DNA of 27,032 nucleotides from a virus (Duplodnaviria; Heunggongvirae; Uroviricota; Caudoviricetes): IMG/VR virus record IMGVR_UViG_2695420624_000003, positions 1 to 27,032 of that record; one strand, 5' to 3'. Shown piece by piece: positions 18,293 to 27,032 of this stretch (position 1 is its first letter; each line of letters starts with the position of its first letter). The notes under the pieces were generated by a model. It saw only the letters and a program-made list of their open reading frames with translations, ran no database searches and was not told where the DNA came from. The position numbers and the translations under genes were made by a program.

Positions 18293-18840
18293 GCGTTAGT
18301 TTCTCCACAGTCACGACACGCCACGGCGCCCGGAGCTGCACACTCGCGGGCGTCACTACTTTCTGAAACGCAAAAGATTTTGTAGACCAGTGCTGCATGC
18401 TCCTGCAGCTTCGAAATTGAGAGGTACAGCTCGTCGTTAATTGCTGTCTTCTCATGCGGTTCCACTACACCGTCTTCAATTGCTGAACGAATCTGTTTTG
18501 AATAACTGCCGATCTGTTCAATGACCTCCAGCAGGCGTTGGTTGATATCGGCGTTGTCCACATCCTCGACATCAGGAAGAGACACAAAGACGCCATTTGC
18601 AGACTGCGCCACAGCGTCAGCAATGAAGTGAGTTCCACCAGCACGTTGCAAAATCATTGCCCATCCCAGCGGGAAAATCTGATCGCCATCGGCACGAAGG
18701 CGGTTAAATAATGCGTTCTCTGTTACATCCAGCCAGTCAGCAGCTTCAGCGTACCCCCCCGGCAACGCTGCGATAGTTTTTCTGACAGCTTTCACGTACC
18801 ACTCAGGCTGTTTTTCTACTTTCCAGTGATGCTTACCCAC
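18289..18840 (-). CDS. Early regulatory protein, possibly CII-family
   Basis: 183-aa ORF immediately downstream of cro with overlapping start; family assignment is recalled, not verified. Confidence 0.5.
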
Positions 18841-19093
18841 GGTTCACCTCCTGTTCCTGTGGTTTAAACCCATTCTGGTTTTGGCTAGATTGAAAACGTG
18901 CCGGATAAAGAATCTGCATTTCGCTGACTTCACCCTTAAAAAAATTGGCTAAACGTTCTGCAAGCTCGATAGATGGAATCTGCTCCAGCCTCTCAATACG
19001 ACTCAACGTCGCTGGATTGACTTGAACACCCGCAGCAACATGCTGCAAAGTGAAACCATGCGCCTTACGCACATTTCGTAATGGTGATTGCAT
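18833..19093 (-). CDS. Cro-like HTH regulator (XRE family)
   Basis: HTH LRNVRKAHGFTLQHVAAGVQVNPATLSRIE; divergent from the cI-like repressor. Confidence 0.75.
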   Translation of the reverse strand: MQSPLRNVRKAHGFTLQHVAAGVQVNPATLSRIERLEQIPSIELAERLANFFKGEVSEMQILYPARFQSSQNQNGFKPQEQEVNRG

Positions 19094-19103
19094 ACGCCCT
19101 CCA

Positions 19104-19172
19104 AATATTGCGCGTTATGCATGTTATTTCACGCAATTATTTTGCGCAAGTTGATTTGCTTATCACGCAATA
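19104..19172. promoter_or_regulatory. Immunity operator/promoter region between cro and cI
   Basis: Repeated half-sites ATTGCGCG (19107), CACGCAAT (19130), TTGCGCAA (19143), CACGCAAT (19164) arranged as inverted repeats in the 97-bp divergent intergenic region. Confidence 0.5.
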
Positions 19173-19190
19173 AAGAAATGTAATAAACGC

Positions 19191-19883
19191 ATGAACATAG
19201 GAAACCGAGTCAGACAACTTCGCCAAGCGAAGAACATGAAAATCGCCGATCTCGCTGAAGCGATAGGAGTAGATGCGGCGAACATCTCGCGCTTAGAAAC
19301 GGGTAAGCAAAAACAATTTACCGAACAAACACTGAGTAATATTGCCAAGAGCTTAGGTGTTGATATTGCTGATCTCTTTACCTCTGCCCACAAAAGTAAT
19401 ACTGTATATAAAAACAGTAATAATGAGGATGTTGCGCAGGTGAAGGATGTGTTCCGTATTGAAATGCTGGATATCAGTGCCAGTGCGGGAAATGGCCTTA
19501 TCCAGGGCGGTGATGTCATTGATGTGATTCATGCCATCGAATACAGAACTGATAATGCTGTATCAATGTTCGGCGGACGACCAGCCAATCACATCAAAGT
19601 TATCAACGTTCGTGGGGACAGTATGTGTCCAACCATTGAGCCAGGAGATCTCATCTTCGTTGATGTCAGCATCAATCAGTTTGATGGTGATGGTATATAT
19701 GTCTTTGGTTTTGATGACAAAATATACGTTAAAAGACTTCAAATGATTCCTGACAAACTGCTGGTGATTTCTGATAACCAGATTTACCGTGAATGGGGAA
19801 TTACTAGCGAAAACGAACACCGATTCATGGTCTTTGGAAAGGTCTTAATCAGTCAGTCGCAAACCCTTAAGAGACATAATTAA
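19191..19883 (+). CDS. CI-like repressor (HTH plus S24 LexA-like self-cleaving domain)
   Basis: N-terminal HTH (RVRQLRQAKNMKIADLAEAIGVDAANISRLETGK) and C-terminal GDSMCPTIEPGDLIFVD ... KRL Ser/Lys dyad. Confidence 0.9.
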   Translation: MNIGNRVRQLRQAKNMKIADLAEAIGVDAANISRLETGKQKQFTEQTLSNIAKSLGVDIADLFTSAHKSNTVYKNSNNEDVAQVKDVFRIEMLDISASAGNGLIQGGDVIDVIHAIEYRTDNAVSMFGGRPANHIKVINVRGDSMCPTIEPGDLIFVDVSINQFDGDGIYVFGFDDKIYVKRLQMIPDKLLVISDNQIYREWGITSENEHRFMVFGKVLISQSQTLKRHN

Positions 19884-19902
19884 CCTCAATATCCCATCCA
19901 TC

Positions 19903-19926
19903 GGCCACCGAAAGGTGGCTTTTTAT
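19903..19926 (+). terminator. Intrinsic terminator after the repressor gene
   Basis: GGCCACC gaaa GGTGGCT stem-loop followed by TTTTTATT. Confidence 0.6.
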
Positions 19927-19937
19927 TACCTATAAAT

Positions 19938-19974
19938 TTGCATATCTCGCAAATATCACTTGCATATCTCGCAA
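19938..19974. repeat. Tandem 15-bp direct repeat TTGCATATCTCGCAA (2 copies, 7-bp spacer)
   Basis: Exact copies at 19938..19952 and 19960..19974. Confidence 0.5.
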
Positions 19975-20181
19975 TTTAATTTTATCTTTTGTTCCAGACC
20001 AACTACAGGATTACAACAAAATCTGGTTGCAACACGGTGCATGTGTCGTAAGCAGTCAGTAAATGTCAAAAACGAACAGGCAGGACGCCCACGAAGTAGC
20101 CGCCTGGGGCATATGAAGTCCAGGATGATTCGTTGAGTCATGTTGTGCCACTAGGCACTCATGTTAAAGCAGGTGTATGAA

Positions 20182-20457
20182 ATGAAAGTCCAGATTTTAA
20201 ACAATAACTGTGAAGTCGTTTGGTCATACGACATAGCCGCCCCTGTAGATCAGAGCGGCGATAGCTGGACCAATGGGAAACATCAGATTATGGCTGGAGT
20301 TGTGTTCTCTTTACGCCGTGCTTTGGAACAGGCTGAAGTATTTCCATCAGACCCTGAATGGAAATGGCCTTTTTCTATTTGTCCAAATTCGGAGAGCACA
20401 TTTCAGAAAATTGGTCAGAAAGTCGCACTCGAAGAGCATCAGCCAACTGTTTCCTGA
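20182..20457 (+). CDS. Hypothetical small protein
   Basis: AGGTG ribosome-binding site 6 nt before the ATG (MKVQILNN...). Confidence 0.4.
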   Translation: MKVQILNNNCEVVWSYDIAAPVDQSGDSWTNGKHQIMAGVVFSLRRALEQAEVFPSDPEWKWPFSICPNSESTFQKIGQKVALEEHQPTVS

Positions 20458-20620
20458 TTTTTTCAGGTAACTCGTCGGCATCGCAGAAACAACAACGCTC
20501 GATCATGTTGAAAGCCGATTCGTAGAACTGTTTCTGCTGAGTGTCGCTGAGACAGGAAAAGAGCGACGTTACGATGATTTTATTAATTGCATTATCAAGT
20601 TCTTTTTCATCAAAAGTCAT
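20375..20620 (-). CDS. Hypothetical small acidic protein
   Basis: AAGGAAAA ribosome-binding site upstream of the ATG; 3' end overlaps the convergent 20182..20457 ORF by about 83 nt. Confidence 0.4.
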   Translation of the reverse strand: MTFDEKELDNAINKIIVTSLFSCLSDTQQKQFYESAFNMIERCCFCDADELPEKIRKQLADALRVRLSDQFSEMCSPNLDK

Positions 20621-20874
20621 TTGATTTTCCTTTTATGTATACGGGCTTAAAAGGATACCACCGAGCCTGAAGTGGTGAAAAGACAGGCACATAACAGCTA
20701 AGTATTTTCAACCAAAGAGAATCCTTAGCGTTGTGGTGAATGCGGCTCAGCGCACGCGGGTTAAGGTTGAGGCTGACAGTCGACCTTCTGTGGATACCCA
20801 CCCGCCTGGTGTGCAACCTTCGCCAGGCACCGGGAGGCACCCGGCACCACAACTTTATGCTGTGTGTAGTCCTG

Positions 20875-20920
20875 GCGGTACCAGCTTGTACCCTTGCTTC
20901 CGGCTGGTACCGTCCTTTTT
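20875..20920 (+). terminator. Perfect 10-bp stem-loop followed by a T-run (terminator-like)
   Basis: CGGTACCAGC ... GCTGGTACCG with a 16-nt loop, then TCCTTTTT, in a GC-rich non-coding stretch. Confidence 0.4.
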
Positions 20921-21057
20921 ACAAAACAGAGAAGAGCATCACCGGACGACGGGCTCATAACCCAATCCATCCGGGCGGCTGCCACCGCAGGTGTTCTTCT
21001 CTGTTTTGTGGAGAAACTAATCGGCCTTGCAGGGTCGATATGATGAGGAGCAGCAAA

Positions 21058-21420
21058 ATGGCTAGCGAACGCAGTACTGATGTGCAGGCATTTATCGGGG
21101 AGCTGGACGGCGGCGTATTTGAAACCAAAATCGGCGCAGTTCTCAGTGAAGTCGCTTCCGGTGTGATGAACACAAAAACCAAAGGTAAGGTCTCACTCAA
21201 CCTGGAAATCGAACCATTTGATGAGAACCGTGTGAAAATCAAACACAAACTCTCATATGTTCGCCCGACTAACCGTGGGAAAATTTCCGAAGAAGACACC
21301 ACCGAAACGCCGATGTATGTTAATCGCGGTGGTCGCCTGACTATTCTGCAGGAAGACCAGGGACAATTACTGACTCTTGCCGGTGAGCCTGACGGAAAAC
21401 TCCGCGCAGCAGGTCGTTAA
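21058..21420 (+). CDS. Hypothetical protein (120 aa)
   Basis: AGGAG ribosome-binding site 7 nt upstream of the ATG (MASERSTDVQ...); the ORF-track extension back to 20740 is judged non-coding. Confidence 0.55.
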   Translation: MASERSTDVQAFIGELDGGVFETKIGAVLSEVASGVMNTKTKGKVSLNLEIEPFDENRVKIKHKLSYVRPTNRGKISEEDTTETPMYVNRGGRLTILQEDQGQLLTLAGEPDGKLRAAGR

Positions 21421-21485
21421 TATCGTTCTTAATAAACTGATTATTTATCTCATCACTGAATATCTTTATATAGTGAGGACTTATT

Positions 21486-22310
21486 ATGTCTCAGAACTTA
21501 GACGCAACCGCAATTAATCAAATCCATGCCCTTATTTCTGCTCAGGGTGTTAATGAAATTATCAGTAAGATTGGTGCCGATGCTGTGGCATTGCCTGAGA
21601 ATTTCCGCATTCATGATCTGGAAAAATTTAATTTAAATCGCTTCCGTTTCCGTGGTGCGCTTTCCACTGCCAGCATCGATGACTTTACCCGTTATTCTAA
21701 AGATCTTGCAGATGAAGGCACCCGCTGCTTTATCGATGCCGATAATATGCGTGCCGTCAGTGTGCTTAACCTGGGTACTATTGATGAGCCAGGTCACGCA
21801 GATAACACTGCCACTCTCAAACTGAAAAAGACAGCACCGTTCTCTGCTCTGTTGTCTGTTAACGGCGAGCGTAACTCCCAGAAGTCACTGGCAGAATGGA
21901 TCGAAGACTGGGCCGACTACCTTGTGGGCTTTGATGCTAATGGTGATGCCATTCAGGCAACAAAAGCGGCTGCGGCAATCCGTAAAATCACGATTGAAGC
22001 AAACCAGACCGCTGATTTTGAAGATAATGACTTCAGCGGCAAACGCTCCCTGATGGAATCTGTCGAAGCGAAGACCAAAGACATTATGCCAGTGGCATTT
22101 GAATTTAAATGCGTTCCGTTTGAAGGTCTGAAAGAACGTCCGTTTAAATTACGCCTCAGCATTATCACTGGCGATCGTCCTGTACTGGTTCTGCGCATTA
22201 TTCAGCTGGAAGCGGTGCAGGAAGATATGGCTAACGAATTTCGTGATCTGCTTGTTGAGAAATTCAAAGACAGCAAAGTAGAAACCTTTATTGGTACTTT
22301 CACCGCCTGA
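21486..22310 (+). CDS. YfdQ-like prophage protein (274 aa)
   Basis: Size and position immediately upstream of an HD phosphohydrolase match the yfdQ-yfdR pairing in other E. coli prophages (from memory). Confidence 0.5.
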
Positions 22311-22437
22311 TTTCATTACTGCAAATGCCCCTGCGGGGGCATTTATGGAAACGTAATTAACTCAATAATCACCGGATGGTGAGGGCTTCCTTTTACCCAA
22401 ACTCAGCGCGGTGCAGCGCATATACGTGGAGAACAAA

Positions 22438-22974
22438 ATGTCATTTATTAAAACTTTTTCCGGGAAGCATTTTTATTATGACAAGATAAATAAAGACGAC
22501 ATCGTGATTAACGATATCGCGGTTTCCCTTTCAAATATCTGCCGCTTTGCCGGTCATCTTTCTCACTTCTACAGTGTCGCCCAACATGCGGTGCTTTGCA
22601 GCCAGCTGGTGCCACAGGAATTTGCTTTTGAAGCGTTAATGCATGATGCAACAGAAGCGTATTGCCAGGACATCCCCGCACCACTGAAACGCCTTCTTCC
22701 TGACTATAAACGGATGGAAGAAAAAATAGATGCAGTAATCCGTGAGAAATACGGGTTACCTCCTGTTATGAGTACGCCAGTGAAATATGCCGATCTCATT
22801 ATGCTGGCAACCGAACGCCGTGATCTCGGGCTTGATGATGGCTCTTTATGGCCTGTACTGGAAGGTATCCCGGCAACAGAGATGTTCAAAGTTATTCCAC
22901 TGGCACCGGGCCATGCCTACGGGATGTTTATGGAACGCTTCAACGAGTTATCGGAATTACGCAAATGTGCATAA
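22438..22974 (+). CDS. HD-domain phosphohydrolase (YfdR-like 5'-deoxynucleotidase)
   Basis: HD motif region HFYSVAQHAVLCSQ ... ALMHDATEAYCQDIP; start taken at the internal Met (MSFIKTF). Confidence 0.65.
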   Translation: MSFIKTFSGKHFYYDKINKDDIVINDIAVSLSNICRFAGHLSHFYSVAQHAVLCSQLVPQEFAFEALMHDATEAYCQDIPAPLKRLLPDYKRMEEKIDAVIREKYGLPPVMSTPVKYADLIMLATERRDLGLDDGSLWPVLEGIPATEMFKVIPLAPGHAYGMFMERFNELSELRKCA

Positions 22975-23843
22975 CTCATGTAGTTAGTTTTTCTGGCGGG
23001 AGAACATCCGCATATCTTGTTCACCTGATGGAAGAACAAAGAAAGGCTGGCAATAACGTCTGCTACATCTTTATGGATACCGGTTGCGAACATCCGCTGA
23101 CATACCGCTTTATCCGGGAGGTTGTGAAGTTCTGGGACATACCACTAACTGTGTTACAGGTCGATATAAATCCTGAGCTTGGGCAGCCAAATGGTTATAC
23201 AGAATGGGAGCCAAAGGATATTCAGACACGAATGCCGGTGCTTAAACCGTTTATGGACATGGTTAAAAAGTACGGCACGCCATACATCGGCGGCGCGTTC
23301 TGTACTGACAGGCTAAAACTCATCCCTTTCACGAAATACTGCGATAACCATTTCGGGCGAGGTAATTACATCACATGGCTGGGTATTCGTGCAGACGAAC
23401 CCCGTAGGCTGAAACCGAAATCGGGCGTCCGGTATCTTGCCGAGCTGTCAGATTTTGATAAGTCGGATGTTATCCGGTGGTGGCGAAAACAACCTTTTGA
23501 TTTGCAAATCCCGGAGCATCTCGGGAACTGTGTTTTCTGCATCAAAAAGTCAACGCAAAAGCTGAGGCTTGCATGTAAAGACGAACCAGGTCTGATGCGA
23601 GTTTTTAATGAGCTGGTTACAGGCAAACACGTCAGGGATGGTCATCGCAGAACAGGTAAAGACATTATGTACCGTGGTCACCTGACGCTTGACGGAATTG
23701 CCAGAATGTCTGCCAACAGCGACTACAGAAATTTGTATCAGGCGATGGTACAGGCCAGGCGATTCGATACCGGCTCGTGTTCAGAGTCATGTGAAATCTG
23801 GGGTGATCAATTGGAATTGGAATTCGAAGAGGTAGGGGTATGA
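22965..23843 (+). CDS. PAPS-reductase-like PP-loop ATP pyrophosphatase family protein
   Basis: PP-loop VVSFSGGRTSAYL near the N-terminus and a C-terminal Cys cluster (CSESCEIWGD); start overlaps the upstream stop. Confidence 0.7.
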   Translation: MCITHVVSFSGGRTSAYLVHLMEEQRKAGNNVCYIFMDTGCEHPLTYRFIREVVKFWDIPLTVLQVDINPELGQPNGYTEWEPKDIQTRMPVLKPFMDMVKKYGTPYIGGAFCTDRLKLIPFTKYCDNHFGRGNYITWLGIRADEPRRLKPKSGVRYLAELSDFDKSDVIRWWRKQPFDLQIPEHLGNCVFCIKKSTQKLRLACKDEPGLMRVFNELVTGKHVRDGHRRTGKDIMYRGHLTLDGIARMSANSDYRNLYQAMVQARRFDTGSCSESCEIWGDQLELEFEEVGV

Positions 23844-24184
23844 CAACCGAAATTAACTACCATGCACTGCTTGAGCGCGCACGGAATAAAGTGCAGAGCA
23901 TTGAGTTCGCCTTAACACAGAGTGCATTCGCTGAGATTCGCGCTGAGCTTGAAAATGATTTAGAACTGGCACGGATTGCACTGGCATCTCTGGAAGTTGA
24001 GCCAGATGAACGCGCAGCCTATGAATTATTTATGGAAAAGCGTTTCGGTAAAACAGTCGATCGTCGGAGAGCAAAAAACGGCGATAACGAATACATGGCA
24101 TGGGATATGACTCTCGGTTGGATCGTCTGGCAGCAACGAGCTGGTATCCATTTTTCAACAATATCACAGCAAGAGGTGAAATAA
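23840..24184 (+). CDS. Hypothetical protein (114 aa)
   Basis: Translationally coupled (ATGA overlap) to the upstream gene. Confidence 0.5.
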   Translation: MTTEINYHALLERARNKVQSIEFALTQSAFAEIRAELENDLELARIALASLEVEPDERAAYELFMEKRFGKTVDRRRAKNGDNEYMAWDMTLGWIVWQQRAGIHFSTISQQEVK

Positions 24185-24534
24185 TGGAGCCATACAGCCT
24201 CACACTCGATGAGGCCTGTCATTTTCTCAAGATATCCAGACCGACTGCTATTAACTGGATACGCACAGGGCGTCTTCAGGCAACACGCAAAGATCCCACT
24301 AAGAATAAATCTCCTTACCTCACAACACGACAAGCCTGCATTGCGGCTCTTCAGTCTCCGCTGCATACTGTCCAGGTGAGCGCGGGTGATGGCATAACAG
24401 AGGAAAGAAAATGTCACTCTTCCGCAGAGGTGAAATATGGTACGCCAGTTTCACATTGCCGAACGGTAAAAGATTTAAACAGTCTCTTGGAACAAAGGAC
24501 AAAAGGCAGGCGACAGAACTCCATGACAAGCTAA
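24184..24534 (+). CDS. xis: Excisionase / HTH DNA-binding protein
   Basis: [28 protein letters not shown] excisionase-type HTH; GAGGTG ribosome-binding site; overlaps the integrase start. Confidence 0.7.
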   Translation: MEPYSLTLDEACHFLKISRPTAINWIRTGRLQATRKDPTKNKSPYLTTRQACIAALQSPLHTVQVSAGDGITEERKCHSSAEVKYGTPVSHCRTVKDLNSLLEQRTKGRRQNSMTS

Positions 24535-25574
24535 AGGCTGAAGCATGGCGGGTCAGCAAACTTGGTGAAATACCTGATATAACGTTCGAGGAAGCGTGTG
24601 TCAGGTGGCTTGAAGAGAAAGCACATAAAAAATCACTGGACGATGACAAAAGCCGGATCGGATTCTGGCTTCAACATTTCGCAGGAATGCAACTAAGAGA
24701 CATTACTGAATCAAAAATTTATTCAGCAATGCAGAAAATGACGAACCGGCGTCATGAGGAAAACTGGAAACTCAGGGCAGAAGCATGCAGAAAAAAAGGG
24801 AAACCTGTTCCAGAATACATGCCAAAACCAGCGTCCGTTGCAACGAAGGCTACGCATCTTTCATTTATAAAGGCCCTACTAAGAGCCGCAGAGCGTGAAT
24901 GGAAAATGCTGGATAAGGCACCAATTATTAAAGTGCCTCAACCAAAGAATAAACGGATCCGCTGGCTGGAGCCCCATGAAGCACAAAGGCTGATTGATGA
25001 ATGTCCGGAGCCATTAAAGTCTGTTGTTGAATTTGCACTGGCAACAGGCTTAAGACGCTCGAACATCATCAACCTTGAATGGCAACAAATAGATATGCAG
25101 CGCCGGGTGGCATGGATAAACCCGGAAGAGAGTAAATCAAACCGCGCAATCGGCGTTGCGCTGAATGATACTGCATGTCGCGTTTTGAAAAAACAAATCG
25201 GGAATCATCACCGTTGGGTATTTGTGTACAAGGAAAGCTGTACCAAACCAGACGGAACGAAAGCGCCAACAGTAAGGAAGATGCGGTATGACGCAAACAC
25301 AGCCTGGAAAGCGGCGCTGAGACGGGCTGGTATTGATGATTTCAGATTTCACGACTTGAGACACACCTGGGCAAGTTGGCTAGTTCAAGCCGGAGTCCCG
25401 TTGTCAGTGTTACAGGAAATGGGAGGCTGGGAGTCTATCGAAATGGTTCGTCGATATGCTCACCTTGCACCTAATCACCTTACCGAACACGCACGGCAAA
25501 TAGACTCGATCCTGAACCCATCGGTCCCAAATTTGTCCCAGTCAAAAAATAAGGAAGGTACTAATGATGTGTAA
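24411..25574 (+). CDS. int: Tyrosine recombinase (phage integrase)
   Basis: C-terminal catalytic region [15 protein letters not shown] ... [20 protein letters not shown] (R-H-R-Y signature); ends 15 bp from the tRNA 3' end. Confidence 0.9.
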   Translation: MSLFRRGEIWYASFTLPNGKRFKQSLGTKDKRQATELHDKLKAEAWRVSKLGEIPDITFEEACVRWLEEKAHKKSLDDDKSRIGFWLQHFAGMQLRDITESKIYSAMQKMTNRRHEENWKLRAEACRKKGKPVPEYMPKPASVATKATHLSFIKALLRAAEREWKMLDKAPIIKVPQPKNKRIRWLEPHEAQRLIDECPEPLKSVVEFALATGLRRSNIINLEWQQIDMQRRVAWINPEESKSNRAIGVALNDTACRVLKKQIGNHHRWVFVYKESCTKPDGTKAPTVRKMRYDANTAWKAALRRAGIDDFRFHDLRHTWASWLVQAGVPLSVLQEMGGWESIEMVRRYAHLAPNHLTEHARQIDSILNPSVPNLSQSKNKEGTNDV

Positions 25575-25588
25575 CTTATTGATTTAAA

Positions 25589-25664
25589 TGGTGCCGATAA
25601 TAGGAGTCGAACCTACGACCTTCGCATTACGAATGCGCTGCTCTACCAACTGAGCTATATCGGC
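25589..25664 (-). tRNA. thrW: tRNA-Thr (anticodon CGT)
   Basis: Reverse complement GCCGATATAGCTCAGTTGGTAGAGCAGCGCATTCGTAATGCGAAGGTCGTAGGTTCGACTCCTATTATCGGCACCA folds as a cloverleaf with anticodon loop TTCGTAA and 3' CCA. Confidence 0.85.
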
Positions 25665-25778
25665 CCTGAAAGGACATGTTCACGAACGTGAATCACGGTG
25701 GACAAGGTTAAAACTAACCGGGCGATGCGTCAATGGCCTTGTGAATCAAATGGCTACTTTTGCATCACCCGGTTTTAT

Positions 25779-27032
25779 TTACGCACGAATGGTGTAATCA
25801 CCAATGCCGATCCACTTGTAAGTGGTCAGTGCTTCCAGCCCCATTGGGCCACGCGCGTGGAGTTTTTGTGTGCTTACCGCCACTTCCGCACCCAGACCAA
25901 ACTGGCCGCCGTCGGTAAAACGCGTAGAGGCGTTAACGTAAACAGCGGACGAATCCACTTCGTTAACAAAACGCTGGGCGTTGCGCATATCGCGGGTCAG
26001 GATCGCATCGGAGTGTTGTGTGCCGTGTTCACGAATATGGGCGATGGCATCGTCAAGATCGCTGACGATTTTGACGTTCAAATCTAATGACAGAAACTCA
26101 TCGTCATACTCTTCGGCTTTAACAGCAACCACCTTCGCAGGGCCTGCCTGCAACTGCGCCAGTGCAGCTGCATCTGCGTGTAATGTCACGCCGCTTTCCG
26201 CCATTTGTTTGCTTAATGCGGGCAGGAAGCTATCGGCGATGTTTTTATTCACCAGCAACGTTTCAACCGTATTACATGTGCTCGGACGCTGAGTTTTCGC
26301 GTTGACGATCACTTTTAATGCTTCAGCGATCTCTACACTTTCATCAACGTAAATATGGCATACGCCTATACCACCTGTGATCACCGGGATTGTCGACTGT
26401 TCACGGCACAGTTTATGCAAACCAGCGCCACCACGCGGGATCAGCATGTCGATGTATTTATCCATACGCAGCATTTCACTGACCAGCGCACGGTCAGGAT
26501 TATCAATCGCCTGCACGGCACCCGCCGGTAAGCCGCAGGATTTCAGGGCGTCCTGAATCACCGCCACCGTTGCAGCGTTAGTGCGACACGTTTCTTTGCC
26601 ACCGCGCAGGATCACCGCATTACCGGTTTTCAGGCACAGCGAAGCGACATCAACCGTCACGTTCGGGCGCGCTTCATAAATCACGCCAATAACCCCCAGC
26701 GGTACGCGACGACGCTCAAGACGCAGGCCGCTGTCCAGTACGCCGCCATCGATTACCTGCCCCACCGGATCGGCGAGGTTGCACACCTGACGTACATCGT
26801 CGGCAATGCCTTTCAGCCGTGCGGGCGTCAGTGCCAGACGGTCAAGCATCGCTTCGCTAAGGCCATTGGCTCGCGCGTCAGCAACATCCTGGGCGTTAGC
26901 GTTGAGGATGATTTCGCTTTGTGCTTCCAGTTCATCGGCGATTTTTTCCAGCACGCGATTTTTTTCGCGGCTGGAGAGTTGCGCTAATTTATACGAGGCT
27001 TGCTTCGCGGCAATGCCCATTTGTTCCAGCAT
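25779..27032 (-). CDS. proA: Gamma-glutamyl phosphate reductase
   Basis: 417-aa aldehyde-dehydrogenase-family ORF matching E. coli ProA as recalled; its start codon is at the window edge. Confidence 0.95.

Larger units (their letters stand above)
1..25664. mobile_element. Defective lambdoid prophage, partial in window; right boundary at the tRNA-Thr 3' end, left boundary not in window
   Basis: Contiguous phage modules (int/xis, cI/cro, replication, Q, lysis, terminase, tail fibre/invertase) ending at the tRNA 3' end; no copy of the tRNA 3' end sequence found at the left of the window. Confidence 0.8.

Noticed and set aside
19163-19519. 118-aa minus-strand ORF overlapping the repressor gene and operator region
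   Set aside because: Antisense to the well-supported cI-like gene and spans the operator region; most likely spurious.
19956-20141. 61-aa minus-strand ORF downstream of the repressor (MTQRIILDFICPRRLL...)
   Set aside because: Cys/Arg-rich, overlaps the tandem 15-bp repeat, and lacks a clear ribosome-binding site; more likely regulatory DNA than a gene.
20740-21057. N-terminal extension of the 226-aa ORF (MRLSARGLRLRL...)
   Set aside because: Arg/Pro/Cys-rich translation over a GC-rich hairpin region with no ribosome-binding site; a proper AGGAG plus ATG start exists at 21058, so the extension is treated as non-coding.
25698-26292. Plus-strand ORFs (129 and 103 aa) opposite proA
   Set aside because: Antisense to a complete, highly conserved housekeeping gene; classic shadow ORFs.
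1-27032. CRISPR arrays, insertion sequences or transposase genes
   Set aside because: No regularly spaced short direct repeats and no transposase-like ORF were seen; the only site-specific recombinases are the phage integrase and the Pin invertase.

Overview
This window is most of a defective lambdoid prophage integrated at a tRNA-Thr gene next to a complete proA. From right to left it carries integrase and excisionase beside the tRNA, an early accessory cluster (YfdQ-like, HD phosphohydrolase, PAPS-reductase-like), a cI/cro immunity switch, a replication gene with internal iterons, RusA, KilA-N, antiterminator Q, a lysis cassette, an HNH endonuclease with both terminase subunits, and a portal N-terminal fragment that abuts a Pin-type invertible tail-fibre segment. 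No capsid or tail-shaft genes are present, so the element looks cryptic, and its left end lies outside the window. The strongest candidates for an undescribed system are four low-GC cargo insertions: a two-gene cassette (soluble 340 aa plus 4-TM 194 aa) between Q and the holin, a stand-alone trypsin-like protease between the lysis genes and the HNH gene, and two unknown genes left of pin (one with PIN-like motifs, one with an R-x4-H motif). All calls rest on reading the supplied translations and DNA by eye; no database search was run, and GC statements are visual estimates.
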